Shown here in pieces: positions 17,479 to 27,844 of a stretch of DNA of 64,000 nucleotides. The notes below the pieces were generated by a model. It was not told where the DNA came from and did not search any database. It saw only the letters and a program-made list of their open reading frames with translations. A program made the position numbers and the translations under genes. Source of the stretch: Anaerolineales bacterium (lineage in GTDB: Bacteria > Chloroflexota > Anaerolineae > Anaerolineales > UBA11579); the NCBI GenBank assembly GCA_025808555.1, contig CP075526.1:1848712-1912711 (forward strand). The letters run 5' to 3'. How positions within the stretch are numbered: the first letter of the stretch is position 1; every line of letters begins with the position of its first letter.

Positions 17479-18540
17479 GTGGCCATATCTGAGAAAGATG
17501 GAGCGTTTGCAGGCTCCATGAGCAGCGGCTCTGCCATGGAAGAGCTGGACCTGGAGATCACCCAGACCCAGCGCGAGCTGGCTGAGATCGACCTGCTTCT
17601 GACGCAAAGCAAGGGCGAGCTGGACAAGCTCACCCAGCGCAACGCCACCATCACAGCCCACCTGCAACAGATCCAGAACCAGATCGATGATGTGCCCGCG
17701 CCGGATATCCGCGTGGCATACGATGCCGCGCTGGAGGCGCAGCAGCGCCTGGTGGTGATGCGCGGCCAGTTTGAAAAATTACACAGCGACAAAGCGCGCC
17801 TGGAACGCCAGTTACAGGTGCTGAAGAAGGTCAAGGACACCGGCGCTACAGAAACCAAGCCGCAGGAGAGCGCACGCAATACCCAAAGCTCGATCGAAGT
17901 CATGATCCAGGCGCAGGAGCAGGAGCGCCAGCGCCTGTCACGCCAGATGCATGATGGGCCGGCTCAGGCGCTCTCTAACTTCATTTTGCAGACTGAGATC
18001 GCGCTGCGCTTGTTCGAGGTGGACCAGGAACAGGCCCGCCAGGAGCTCAACAGCCTGAAGTCGGCTGCCTCCAGCACCTTCCAAAAGGTGCGCGACTTTA
18101 TTTTTGACCTACGCCCGATGATGCTGGATGATCTGGGTCTGGTTCCGACGATCAAGCGCTATGCGGATTATTTGGCTGAGAAGCTGGGTACGGAGATTGC
18201 GGTGAGCGTCACCGGGTCTGAGCGCCGCCTGGAGCCCTATATTGAAGTCGTCGTGTTCCGCGCTGTGCAGGAGTTGCTGAGCAACAATGCCCTGCACAGC
18301 CAGGCCACCAGCATCAAAGTTCAGTTGGACATTAGCCAGCACCAGGTGCGTGCAAGTGTTGAAGACAACGGCCGCGGTTTTGACGCCCATGCCGTGCCGG
18401 CGGAGGCTGAACTGACGCTAAAAGCCATCCGTGAGCGTATGGATCTGTTGGGTGGCACTTTTGACATGGATAGCGCCCCAGGGCAGGGTGCCCGCTTTGC
18501 TTTTGTAGTGCCGGCTGAGGCCAAGGCGCCCGTTCCTTAG
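17479..18540 (+). CDS. Soluble DegS-like sensor histidine kinase (HisKA_3 + HATPase_c)
   Basis: 353 aa with no TM segment and a long N-terminal coiled coil. The H-box is ERQRLSRQMHDGPAQALSN and the ATP-binding motifs are VEDNGRGF and GGTFDMDSAPGQGARF. An alternative ATG start lies at 17518. Confidence 0.85.
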   Translation: MAISEKDGAFAGSMSSGSAMEELDLEITQTQRELAEIDLLLTQSKGELDKLTQRNATITAHLQQIQNQIDDVPAPDIRVAYDAALEAQQRLVVMRGQFEKLHSDKARLERQLQVLKKVKDTGATETKPQESARNTQSSIEVMIQAQEQERQRLSRQMHDGPAQALSNFILQTEIALRLFEVDQEQARQELNSLKSAASSTFQKVRDFIFDLRPMMLDDLGLVPTIKRYADYLAEKLGTEIAVSVTGSERRLEPYIEVVVFRAVQELLSNNALHSQATSIKVQLDISQHQVRASVEDNGRGFDAHAVPAEAELTLKAIRERMDLLGGTFDMDSAPGQGARFAFVVPAEAKAPVP

Positions 18541-18567
18541 AAAAAGCGCATTAGTACTCAAATTCTA

Positions 18568-18596
18568 TTGCGTAAAAAAGCCCTCATTTCTATAAT
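18568..18596 (+). promoter_or_regulatory. Sigma-70-type promoter candidate for flp
   Basis: TTGCGT (18568-18573), a 17-nt spacer, then a consensus TATAAT (18591-18596). It lies about 50 nt upstream of the flp start. Confidence 0.55.
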
Positions 18597-18646
18597 TTAT
18601 TCACCCTGCATTGGCAGGGTAGCTGTGAGGAAAGGAGGAACTCCTA

Positions 18647-18787
18647 ATGTTCAACTCTCAAAAGGGTCAAGGGCTCGTAGAATACGCGCTGATCTTGGTG
18701 CTGGTCGCCATTGTGGTCATCGTGATCGTGTCCCTGCTCGGCGGATCTATTGGTAACGTATTCAGCAACATCATCTCCAACATCTAA
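18647..18787 (+). CDS. flp: Flp family type IVb pilin (prepilin, 46 aa), not in the supplied ORF track
   Basis: The strong RBS AGGAAAGGAGGA ends 6 nt before the ATG. The translation is MFNSQKGQGLVEYALILVLVAIVVIVIVSLLGGSIGNVFSNIISNI. It contains the Flp processing motif G-x4-EY (G7...E12 Y13) followed by a hydrophobic helix. Confidence 0.9.
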   Translation: MFNSQKGQGLVEYALILVLVAIVVIVIVSLLGGSIGNVFSNIISNI

Positions 18788-18811
18788 TCGTTTCGGAGAC
18801 CTTTCATTTGT

Positions 18812-18843
18812 AATGCAGCCCTGGCGATTGCCAGGGCTGCATT
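18812..18843 (+). terminator. Perfect 14-bp hairpin after flp (partial terminator or RNA stabiliser)
   Basis: Stem AATGCAGCCCTGGC, loop GATT, stem GCCAGGGCTGCATT. There is no clean U-tract (TCGTCTCT follows). It lies between the pilin gene and the assembly genes. Confidence 0.5.
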
Positions 18844-18972
18844 CGTCTCTCGCCCATGGCGCGGCTTAAATGCATAGCCCCAGGGCGGGATTGGCAAATT
18901 GGCTTGTTATCATGTAGACTACTTCTGCGCCTGGCCTGCGGGCTTATTTAGAGGCGGCGAAAGGGTTTAACT

Positions 18973-20124
18973 ATGCGTGTAGGAAGACTGTTGATCGTGC
19001 TGGCCATCCTGGTGATCCTGGCTTTGGTGGCACTATATGCAGTACTGAATCTGGATAACGCCAACGGCGGCCAGGAGCAACCTGCCAGCACCGTAGACAT
19101 TGTCATCGTCGTGCAGCCCATCGCCCGCGGCGCACTGATCACGGCCGAGCACCTGGGCCTGCTGGCTTATCCGGCTGACCAGACCATTGAAGGTATGTTC
19201 ACCAGCATTACGGATGTGGCCGGCCGCCGTTCGCGCTATGACCTGACACCCGGCACGCCGCTCAACGCCAGTATGCTGGCTGAGGACAATGAAGTGGTGG
19301 AGGCGGGCGGCTCTGACACTGCGCTGCTCATCCCTTCGGGCATGGTGGCTTTCCCGATCCCGATCGATCGCTTCTCCAGCCTCGCCTATGGTTTGCGGGC
19401 CGGCGACCACGTCAACGTGATCGCCACCCTGCTGCTGGTTGAACTGGATCAGTCTTTTCAGACTCAGACGCCAAACAACACGGCGGGAATTATTGAGCCG
19501 GGCAGTGCATTGGTGACCGGTGGGCAAAACACTGGCGAAGAAGCCAGCTCGAGCCTGCAGGTTGATGAACTGCTTAATGTTTTGACGGCACAGGTTGTGA
19601 ATGGCGGTCCCAGCGCACAATTGGGTACCGGCTTTGTGGATGAACAGACTGGTCAGCCCTTCTATTCGGTACCCTCTGAGCCGCAGCGTCCGCGCTTGGT
19701 AAGCCAAACCCTGTTGCAGGACATTGTGGTCCTTCATGTGGGCAATCATCTGTATACGGATAGCGCTGGCAATGAAGTTGAGCAGCCAACTACCACGACT
19801 ATTGACCCTAATACTGGCGCCGAAGTTGAAGTGCCGGCCGCGGCGGCCCCGCCTGACATCATTACATTGGTCGTTACGCCTCAGGATGCGGTGACCTTGA
19901 ACTATCTGATTTACACCGGCGCCCAACTGAACCTGGCGCTGCGAGCAACGGGCGATGACAGCCTAATCACCACGGAGGCTGTAACACTAGAATTCCTGTT
20001 GAATACCTACAATATTCCTGTGCCCACCAAGCTGCCCTTTGGGTTGAGCCCGCGTATTGATTTGCTAATTTCACCCTCCCAGCAAGACGAGCGGCAACAG
20101 CAAACTCTGCCTGCTCAGCCCTAA
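18973..20124 (+). CDS. cpaB: Flp pilus assembly protein CpaB/RcpC-like
   Basis: 383 aa with the N-terminal TM anchor LLIVLAILVILALVALYAV, a SAF-like segment (VVQPIARGALITAEHL) and a position directly after flp. It is longer than typical CpaB proteins. Confidence 0.75.
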   Translation: MRVGRLLIVLAILVILALVALYAVLNLDNANGGQEQPASTVDIVIVVQPIARGALITAEHLGLLAYPADQTIEGMFTSITDVAGRRSRYDLTPGTPLNASMLAEDNEVVEAGGSDTALLIPSGMVAFPIPIDRFSSLAYGLRAGDHVNVIATLLLVELDQSFQTQTPNNTAGIIEPGSALVTGGQNTGEEASSSLQVDELLNVLTAQVVNGGPSAQLGTGFVDEQTGQPFYSVPSEPQRPRLVSQTLLQDIVVLHVGNHLYTDSAGNEVEQPTTTTIDPNTGAEVEVPAAAAPPDIITLVVTPQDAVTLNYLIYTGAQLNLALRATGDDSLITTEAVTLEFLLNTYNIPVPTKLPFGLSPRIDLLISPSQQDERQQQTLPAQP

Positions 20125-20154
20125 CGCTAGGCAGAGGCATGTAGGACAAAAAGG

Positions 20155-21384
20155 ATGGCTGAAGAAAAAATACGCGTCCTTATTGTGGATGATGTCGCCG
20201 AGACACGCGAGAACATTCGCAAACTTTTGCAGTTCGATGCTCAGATCGAAGTGGTTGGTGCCTCGCGCAACGGGCTTGAAGGCGTAGACCTGGCGATCGA
20301 AACCCAGCCGGATGTTGTGTTGATGGATATCAACATGCCGGATATGGACGGCATCAGTGCCACAGAAGCCATTCGCAAAAAAGTCCCGCATACCCAGATC
20401 GTCATCTTGTCGGTGCAGGGTGATTCCAACTATATGCGCCGCGCCATGCTGGCCGGGGCGCGTGACTTCCTCACCAAGCCGATAGATGTAGACGAGCTCA
20501 CCGCCGCCATCCGCCGCGCCGGCCGGGTGGCCTGGAACGAGAAAGAGAAGCTCACTTCGAGCGGCTTCAGTGGACAGGCGGGCGGTGCGGGCGGCAGCGG
20601 CACGCTGCTACCGGGCGACCAGGGCCATGTCATCACCGTATTCAGCCCCAAGGGTGGCACCGGCAAAACCACGCTGACGGCCAATCTGGCGGTGAGCATG
20701 CGCCAGCAGGGTCAGACAGTGGTGGCGGTTGACGGCAATCTGCAGTTTGGCGATCTCTCGTTCTTTTTCAATGAACAGGGACGTAACAATGTGGCTGACC
20801 TGGCGCCGCGTGCCGATGAGCTGGACCGCGAAGTGGTCAGCGAGGTGCTGGTGCACCATGAGGCATCCGGCGTGCACATTCTGGCCGCGCCCATGCGCCC
20901 TGAGCAAGCGGACGCCGTGGGCGGCGAACAGTTTGGAGCGGTGGTGAGCTACCTGAGCCGCATGTACCCGTATGTCCTGGTGGACACCGGCTCGACATTA
21001 AATGACCTGACCTTGGCTGCCCTGGATGCAGCCAGCATGGTGGTGCTCTTGATCACTCAAGACATACCTTCCATCAAGAACGCGCGGCTCTTCCTTGACC
21101 TGGCCGAGGGGCTGGGAATTTCCAAGGACCAGATCGTTCTGGTGATGAATCGCTTTGATAAACGCCGTAGCATTACGGCAGAGCGCGTGCGTGATAACTT
21201 CAAAAAAGAAGTGGCTGCGATCATCCCCCTGGAAGAAAAGATCGTGGTGCCCGCCATGGACCGTGGCGAACCCTTCGTGCTGCGCAACAGCAGTACTCCC
21301 GTAGCAAAGGCTGTTGCCGATCTGGCCAGCATGCTGGTGACCAGGCTGAAAGCGAAAGTGCCCAACCAGCTTGAGGTTGGCTAG
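20155..21384 (+). CDS. cpaE: CpaE/TadZ-like ParA/MinD-family ATPase with an N-terminal receiver (REC) domain
   Basis: The REC domain is complete: D12-D13, D58 in VVLMDINMP, and K in FLTKP. After a linker comes the deviant Walker A region VFSPKGGTGKTTLTANLA. Confidence 0.85.
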   Translation: MAEEKIRVLIVDDVAETRENIRKLLQFDAQIEVVGASRNGLEGVDLAIETQPDVVLMDINMPDMDGISATEAIRKKVPHTQIVILSVQGDSNYMRRAMLAGARDFLTKPIDVDELTAAIRRAGRVAWNEKEKLTSSGFSGQAGGAGGSGTLLPGDQGHVITVFSPKGGTGKTTLTANLAVSMRQQGQTVVAVDGNLQFGDLSFFFNEQGRNNVADLAPRADELDREVVSEVLVHHEASGVHILAAPMRPEQADAVGGEQFGAVVSYLSRMYPYVLVDTGSTLNDLTLAALDAASMVVLLITQDIPSIKNARLFLDLAEGLGISKDQIVLVMNRFDKRRSITAERVRDNFKKEVAAIIPLEEKIVVPAMDRGEPFVLRNSSTPVAKAVADLASMLVTRLKAKVPNQLEVG

Positions 21385-21404
21385 GTAGGCAGGAGAACTG
21401 AAGC

Positions 21405-22847
<1,443 letters not shown>

Positions 22848-22850
22848 CCC

Positions 22851-23819
22851 ATGCCTGTTTGGATCCTTTGGTCTGGAATTGCTGTAGCGGTCACCCTATT
22901 TATTATTGGGCTGGTGGTCACGCTGCGCAGCGAACGCTCGCTGGTGGACAAGCGTTTGGAAGGCTACCTGGCTGAGAAAGAGATCAAGCTTGAGCAGGCT
23001 GAGCTTGGCCAGGGCAAGAATTCGATTCTGACGAATTGGCTCAATGAACGCGTCGCCACAACCAGCTATGGCGACAATATCTCGCGTGAACTTGCGCGGG
23101 CGGACATTAAACTCAAGTCTGGCGAGTACATAATCCTGATGATGTTCTCGAGCGTTTTTACGGCGCTGTTCTCTTTCTTCTTCTTTGACGGCTCGTGGCT
23201 GTTCGCCATTTTCGGCCTGATCTTTGGCCTGTTCATTCCGCGCATTTTTGTGGGCCTCCGGCAGGCCAAGCGTCTGCAAAAGTTCAATGACCAACTGCCG
23301 GATATGCTCAACTTGATGGTCAATGGTTTGCGCACCGGCTTCTCTGCCTTGCAGGCCATGGAGGCGGTGAGCCGTGAGTTGCCGGCCCCGATCAGCGATG
23401 AGTTCCGCCGTGTGGTGCAGGAGATGCAGCTGGGCGTTTCGATGGAAACGGCATTGGAGAACCTGCAGCGCCGCATCGCCAGTGAGGACTTGGATCTGGC
23501 GGTCACCGCCATCAACATCCAGCGAGAAGTGGGTGGCAACCTAGCCGAAATTCTGGACACCATCTCGCATACCGTGCGCGAGCGTATTCGTATCCAGGGT
23601 GAAATGCGGGCGATCACTGCGCAGGTCAAATATTCTGGCCGCTTCCTGGCGCTGATGCCGGTGGGGTTGGGCCTGGCGTTGTGGGGCCTGAACCGTGAAT
23701 ACATGATGGAATTCTTTCAGGAGCCGGTGTTGTGCGGCTATCTGATGCTGGGTGTATCCGGCATCATGCTCGTCATCGGCTACTTCGTTCTCGATAAAGT
23801 GGGTACGGTAGAGATCTAG
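22851..23819 (+). CDS. tadB: Type II secretion system F family protein (TadB)
   Basis: 322 aa. It has an N-terminal TM helix, a central cytoplasmic T2SS-F domain (PDMLNLMVNGLRTGFSALQAME) and C-terminal TM helices. Confidence 0.85.
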   Translation: MPVWILWSGIAVAVTLFIIGLVVTLRSERSLVDKRLEGYLAEKEIKLEQAELGQGKNSILTNWLNERVATTSYGDNISRELARADIKLKSGEYIILMMFSSVFTALFSFFFFDGSWLFAIFGLIFGLFIPRIFVGLRQAKRLQKFNDQLPDMLNLMVNGLRTGFSALQAMEAVSRELPAPISDEFRRVVQEMQLGVSMETALENLQRRIASEDLDLAVTAINIQREVGGNLAEILDTISHTVRERIRIQGEMRAITAQVKYSGRFLALMPVGLGLALWGLNREYMMEFFQEPVLCGYLMLGVSGIMLVIGYFVLDKVGTVEI

Positions 23820-23821
23820 CC

Positions 23822-24763
23822 ATGATGTGGATCGCGCTGTCACTCCTGTTCATTGTCATCGTTGGCGCCATCACCCTGGTGGTATTGGGCCTGCGCGAAA
23901 GCCGCGGGGGCGACACACTCTCGCGCCGACTGGCAGAGTATGCCGAGCGCGGCGAGATCACCAGCCTGGAGGAGATCGAGCTCTCGCAGCCATTCATGGA
24001 ACGCGTGGTGTACCCGGCCGCCCAGCGTTTTGGCGAACTGGCCCAGCGTTTTACTCCGCAAAATGCGATTACCGAGACACGCCGCCAACTGGACATGGCC
24101 GGCACTCCGCGTTGGCTGGAGCCAACCGTGTTCCTGGCTTCGCGCCTGATCTTTGGCCTCGGCTTAGGCGCTCTGATGTTCTTTGTATTTTCGCTTTCGC
24201 CCACTACTTCGCCGTTTGCGTTGACTTCCATGCTTATTACCGGCGGGTCGATATTCATTGGCTTCTTTTTGCCAAACATGCTGCTCAACCGCAGTGTGCG
24301 CCGCCGCCAATCTGAAGTCACCAAAGCCATGCCAGATGCGATGGACCTGCTGACCATCTGCGTAGAAGCCGGCCTGGGCTTTGACGCCGCCATGCGCAAG
24401 GTGGTGGAGAAGTGGGACAACGACCTGGCGCGTGCGTTTGGCCGCGTGCTACAGGAGATCCAGCTGGGCAAGCTGCGCCGCGAAGCGCTGCGAGACATGT
24501 CTGCCCGCCTGGGTGTGGATGAGATCAACACCTTTGTGGCAGCAGTGATCCAAAGCGAGCAGTTGGGTGTCAGCATGGCACGCGTGTTGCGTGTGCAGTC
24601 AGACGCCATGCGCGTCAAGCGCCGCCAGCGGGCGGAAGAGAATGCCCAGAAGGCGCCGGTGAAAATGCTGTTGCCCATGGCGTTTCTGATCTTCCCGACC
24701 ATCATGATCATTCTGCTTGGGCCAGCTGTCCTGCAGATCATGCGCTCGGGCGCGTTCTTCTAG
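23822..24763 (+). CDS. tadC: Type II secretion system F family protein (TadC)
   Basis: 313 aa with the same architecture as TadB (MPDAMDLLTICVEAGLGFDAAM). It starts 2 nt after tadB ends. Confidence 0.85.
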   Translation: MMWIALSLLFIVIVGAITLVVLGLRESRGGDTLSRRLAEYAERGEITSLEEIELSQPFMERVVYPAAQRFGELAQRFTPQNAITETRRQLDMAGTPRWLEPTVFLASRLIFGLGLGALMFFVFSLSPTTSPFALTSMLITGGSIFIGFFLPNMLLNRSVRRRQSEVTKAMPDAMDLLTICVEAGLGFDAAMRKVVEKWDNDLARAFGRVLQEIQLGKLRREALRDMSARLGVDEINTFVAAVIQSEQLGVSMARVLRVQSDAMRVKRRQRAEENAQKAPVKMLLPMAFLIFPTIMIILLGPAVLQIMRSGAFF

Positions 24764-24766
24764 CTG

Positions 24767-25453
24767 ATGCTTCACCGAATAGGGGCTGCTGCCACGGGCT
24801 GGCTGTTTCCGGCCCGCTGCGCGGGTTGCGGCAGCTTGGGCGCGGTGTGGTGCGCTGAGTGTAAAGCACAGACTGCAGTCTTGCATCCTCCGCTATGCGG
24901 CCACTGCGGCTATCCACTGCCTGACCCGCAGGCCGAGTGCCCAGCCTGCCAGGGACGCCATTTTGCTTTCACACAGGCGCGTGCTTGGGGCGCCTATGCT
25001 GGGCCGTTGCGTAAGGCCATTTTGAAGCTCAAGCACAAACGCAATCGCGAGCTGGGTCTTGTGCTCAGCCAGCATATGGCTGAGGTGTTACCGCCCCGTT
25101 GGGGTGCCGAGCTTATAGTGCCTGTACCACTCAGCGCGCGGCGCTTGGCGCAGCGCGGCTACAATCCGGTGGACCTGCTCGCCGGGCCGTTGGCAAACCA
25201 GCTCGGTCTGCCCCTGGCGGCAGATGCTCTGCAGCGGCAGCGTGACACGCGACCGCAAATGGATTTGCAGGTCGAGCAGCGTTGGGCCAATGTGCATGGC
25301 GCGTTTGTGGGCCAGGCCGCGGCCGCTGGCTGCCGCGTGCTGCTAGTGGACGACATCATCACGACGGGCGCAACCGTACACGCCGCCGCACGCGCCCTAA
25401 GGGCGGCTGGAGCTACGTCTGTGTATGTCCTTGCGCTGGCAAGAACCTTGTGA
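24767..25453 (+). CDS. comF: ComF family protein (phosphoribosyltransferase-like, ComFC type)
   Basis: 228 aa. The N-terminal zinc-finger cysteines are CAGCG...CAEC...CGHCG...CPAC, and the PRTase loop is VLLVDDIITTGATV. It starts 3 nt after the tadC stop. Confidence 0.85.
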   Translation: MLHRIGAAATGWLFPARCAGCGSLGAVWCAECKAQTAVLHPPLCGHCGYPLPDPQAECPACQGRHFAFTQARAWGAYAGPLRKAILKLKHKRNRELGLVLSQHMAEVLPPRWGAELIVPVPLSARRLAQRGYNPVDLLAGPLANQLGLPLAADALQRQRDTRPQMDLQVEQRWANVHGAFVGQAAAAGCRVLLVDDIITTGATVHAAARALRAAGATSVYVLALARTL

Positions 25454-25530
25454 CAATTGCACTTTGTTGGCGCCAGCCCCGTTTTGGTACACTAGTTTTA
25501 GAGAATTCCAACCACTCCCTGGAGGCTGCC

Positions 25531-26091
25531 GTGCTAAACGTAGAACTCTTCGGCCATGATCTGAATATTGATGATGCCTTGAACGAATATGTGGAATCGC
25601 GGGCTGCCAAGCTTGACCGCTACATTGATCTGGAGGAAGCGCGGATTGACCTGAGCCACCGTCCTTCGGCGCGTGAGGCGGCACACCGTTACAAAGCACA
25701 GATCACCCTGCGCGGCAAGAAGTTTGTGCTGCGTTCGGAAGATAAGAGCGACCAGATCCAAACCGCGTTTGATTCCGCATTGGAACGCATCCAGCGCCAG
25801 ATCGAGCGCTACAAGGGCAAGCACTACCGCGGCAAGGGTGACGGCGCCTCGCTTAGTGATGAGGCTAGAGCAGAAGTGGAAGCCTTGTATGAGGAAGAAG
25901 CTGAAGAGCAGGTGGTGCGCCGCAAGAAATTCCTTCTGCATCCCATGACGGAGGCAGAAGCGATCGAGCAGATGCGCCTGCTGGGTCATCAGAATTTCTT
26001 TATTTTCTATGACATGGAGGCCAGCAGCGTGAGCGTGTTGTACCGCCGCGGTGATGGTGACTATGGCCTTATCAATACGGAGCTGGCCTAA
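25531..26091 (+). CDS. hpf: Ribosome hibernation promoting factor, long form
   Basis: I take the GTG at 25531, preceded by GGAGG with a 5-nt spacer; the track ORF from 25282 is a 5' extension into comF. 186 aa. The N-terminal S30AE domain begins [28 protein letters not shown] and the C-terminal dimerisation domain contains [26 protein letters not shown]. Confidence 0.9.
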   Translation: MLNVELFGHDLNIDDALNEYVESRAAKLDRYIDLEEARIDLSHRPSAREAAHRYKAQITLRGKKFVLRSEDKSDQIQTAFDSALERIQRQIERYKGKHYRGKGDGASLSDEARAEVEALYEEEAEEQVVRRKKFLLHPMTEAEAIEQMRLLGHQNFFIFYDMEASSVSVLYRRGDGDYGLINTELA

Positions 26092-26095
26092 GACG

Positions 26096-26725
26096 ATGAG
26101 TTCAGCCAAACGAGTCTACGACGCTGCCCAGCTGCTGGATGGCGAGGTTAAACAGGCTACGATCGAGGATGCGGTCAGCAAGATCCTGGCCGCGGTGGGC
26201 GAGGACCCGCAGCGCGAAGGACTGCAAGGCACGCCGGGCCGCGTGGCGCGGGCTTACACGGAGCTACTGTCCGGTTACCGCACCGACCCCGTCAAGCTGA
26301 TCAACAATGCCTTGTTCGAGGTTGAATACGATGACATGGTCATCGTGCGGGATATCGAGTTCTTCAGTCTTTGCGAGCACCATATGTTGCCTTTCCTCGG
26401 ACGGGCGCATGTGGCCTACATCCCGCGTGGCAAGGTGATCGGCCTTTCCAAGATCCCGCGCATTGTGGACATGTTCTCGCGCCGCCTGCAGGTGCAAGAG
26501 CGCCTGACGCGCCAGATCGCCGATTTTCTATGCGGGGCGATCGATCCGCTGGGGGCGGGCGTGGTGGTGGAGGCGCTGCACATGTGCTCCATGATGCGCG
26601 GCGTCAAAAAGCACGATGCCCGCATGACCACTTCCACTATGGTGGGCAGCTTCCGCGCCAACCCTTCCACCCGTCAGGAGTTTCTGGATAATCTGGCGCG
26701 CGGCGCGGAACGCCTGAATTTCTAA
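26096..26725 (+). CDS. folE: GTP cyclohydrolase I
   Basis: I take the ATG at 26096, 4 nt after the hpf stop. The FolE motifs are [27 protein letters not shown] and [12 protein letters not shown]. Confidence 0.95.
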   Translation: MSSAKRVYDAAQLLDGEVKQATIEDAVSKILAAVGEDPQREGLQGTPGRVARAYTELLSGYRTDPVKLINNALFEVEYDDMVIVRDIEFFSLCEHHMLPFLGRAHVAYIPRGKVIGLSKIPRIVDMFSRRLQVQERLTRQIADFLCGAIDPLGAGVVVEALHMCSMMRGVKKHDARMTTSTMVGSFRANPSTRQEFLDNLARGAERLNF

Positions 26726-26801
26726 CCTGCAATTCGGTGGCAGAGGATGAGCGGTGTAGTATTATGGTATTGGCACTCGTTTTTATTTGCCCGGAGTCTA
26801 A

Positions 26802-26948
26802 ATGAAGACCAAAAGTGAACTCGGACAAGGTTTGGTGGAATACGCCGTTATCATCGTGTTCCTGGCCATCCTCAGTATTGTTGCGCTAACCTTTCTTTCG
26901 GACGGCATAACCAACAGCTTGTATGACCAGGTTATTAGTAACCTGTAG
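26802..26948 (+). CDS. flp: Second Flp family pilin (48 aa), orphan and not in the supplied ORF track
   Basis: GGAG lies upstream of the ATG. The translation is MKTKSELGQGLVEYAVIIVFLAILSIVALTFLSDGITNSLYDQVISNL. It has the same GQGLVEYA processing motif as the first flp and is followed by a strong terminator. Confidence 0.85.
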   Translation: MKTKSELGQGLVEYAVIIVFLAILSIVALTFLSDGITNSLYDQVISNL

Positions 26949-26974
26949 AATTAACCTGCACAACCTGCAAAAGC

Positions 26975-27002
26975 AAAAGGCCCGCTCTAGCGGGCCTTTT
27001 TT
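26975..27002. terminator. Bidirectional intrinsic terminator (flp2 / folK)
   Basis: AAAA, stem GGCCCGC, loop TCTA, stem GCGGGCC, then TTTTTT. It lies between the convergent flp2 and folK genes. Confidence 0.85.
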
Positions 27003-27003
27003 A

Positions 27004-27492
27004 TTACTCTGTGAGCTGCTGCCTAGTACGTTTGGCGCGTTGGTTCTCCAGCAGGCGCGATGCGGCGTCGGTCAGGGTCTCGCCAGTTACGGTGCTCTTG
27101 TATGCGGGCAGCAATTCGCTGAGCGGGGCAGCAATATGGGCAGCATCCCATATATCGCGGTCCATCTCCTGCCCGTCATAGAGCAAGAGGTCCAGATCCA
27201 GCGTGCGCGGGGCGTTGCGATCCTCGCTGCGTAGGCGGCCTTGCGCAGCCTCCAGGCTGCGCAAGTGGCTGCGCAGCTCGTCGGCGCCGAGCTGGGTATG
27301 AAGCTCGGCCGCGGCGTTGAGGAACTGCGGCCCTTCGCTGCCCAATGGGGGCGACTTCCAAACAGAACTTACTGCGGTCAGACGCGTGTTGCCGGGCTGG
27401 CCTGCGGCTGCCAGCGCTTGCGCGGCCTGCTTGAGGTTCGCCTCTGGCTTGATGTTGGAACCCAGGCCAATGTAGGCCAGGAACTCAGTCAC
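27004..27492 (-). CDS. folK: 2-amino-4-hydroxy-6-hydroxymethyldihydropteridine diphosphokinase
   Basis: I take the GTG at 27492, which overlaps the folB stop (GTGACTGA). The motifs are AYIGLGSNI and RTLDLDLLLYD. The track ORF extends to 27531. Confidence 0.9.
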   Translation of the reverse strand: MTEFLAYIGLGSNIKPEANLKQAAQALAAAGQPGNTRLTAVSSVWKSPPLGSEGPQFLNAAAELHTQLGADELRSHLRSLEAAQGRLRSEDRNAPRTLDLDLLLYDGQEMDRDIWDAAHIAAPLSELLPAYKSTVTGETLTDAASRLLENQRAKRTRQQLTE

Positions 27493-27841
27493 TGGCCTCC
27501 CGTTTGATCTCGGCGCCAACCGAAGCGGCAAAACGCAATGCGCCGGGCTTCTCCACGCGCACTTTGGCGGCGCGCGCCCCGGGCTGCGCCAAACAGATGC
27601 GGGCGATATCTTCGGCCAGGGCCTCGACCGTCAGGCGGGCCGCTGTTTCAGTGTGCGCAATGACCTGCTTGGCCACCGTGCGGTAGTTCACGCTGTCGTT
27701 GATGTCGTCGCTCTCGCCGGCTTTCTTCAGATCAGCCTTGATCTCGATGTTGATCAGAATGTCCTGTGGAGTGGTGCGCTCCCAGTCATTAATGCCAATG
27801 ATGCCGCGTACCAGCAGGTCTTTAATAATGAGCTTGTCCAT
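27485..27841 (-). CDS. folB: Dihydroneopterin aldolase
   Basis: 118 aa. The FolB pattern is DKLIIKDLLVRGIIGINDWERTTPQDILINIEI ... VNYRTV. It lies directly upstream of folK. Confidence 0.9.
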   Translation of the reverse strand: MDKLIIKDLLVRGIIGINDWERTTPQDILINIEIKADLKKAGESDDINDSVNYRTVAKQVIAHTETAARLTVEALAEDIARICLAQPGARAAKVRVEKPGALRFAASVGAEIKREASD

Positions 27842-27844
27842 GGC

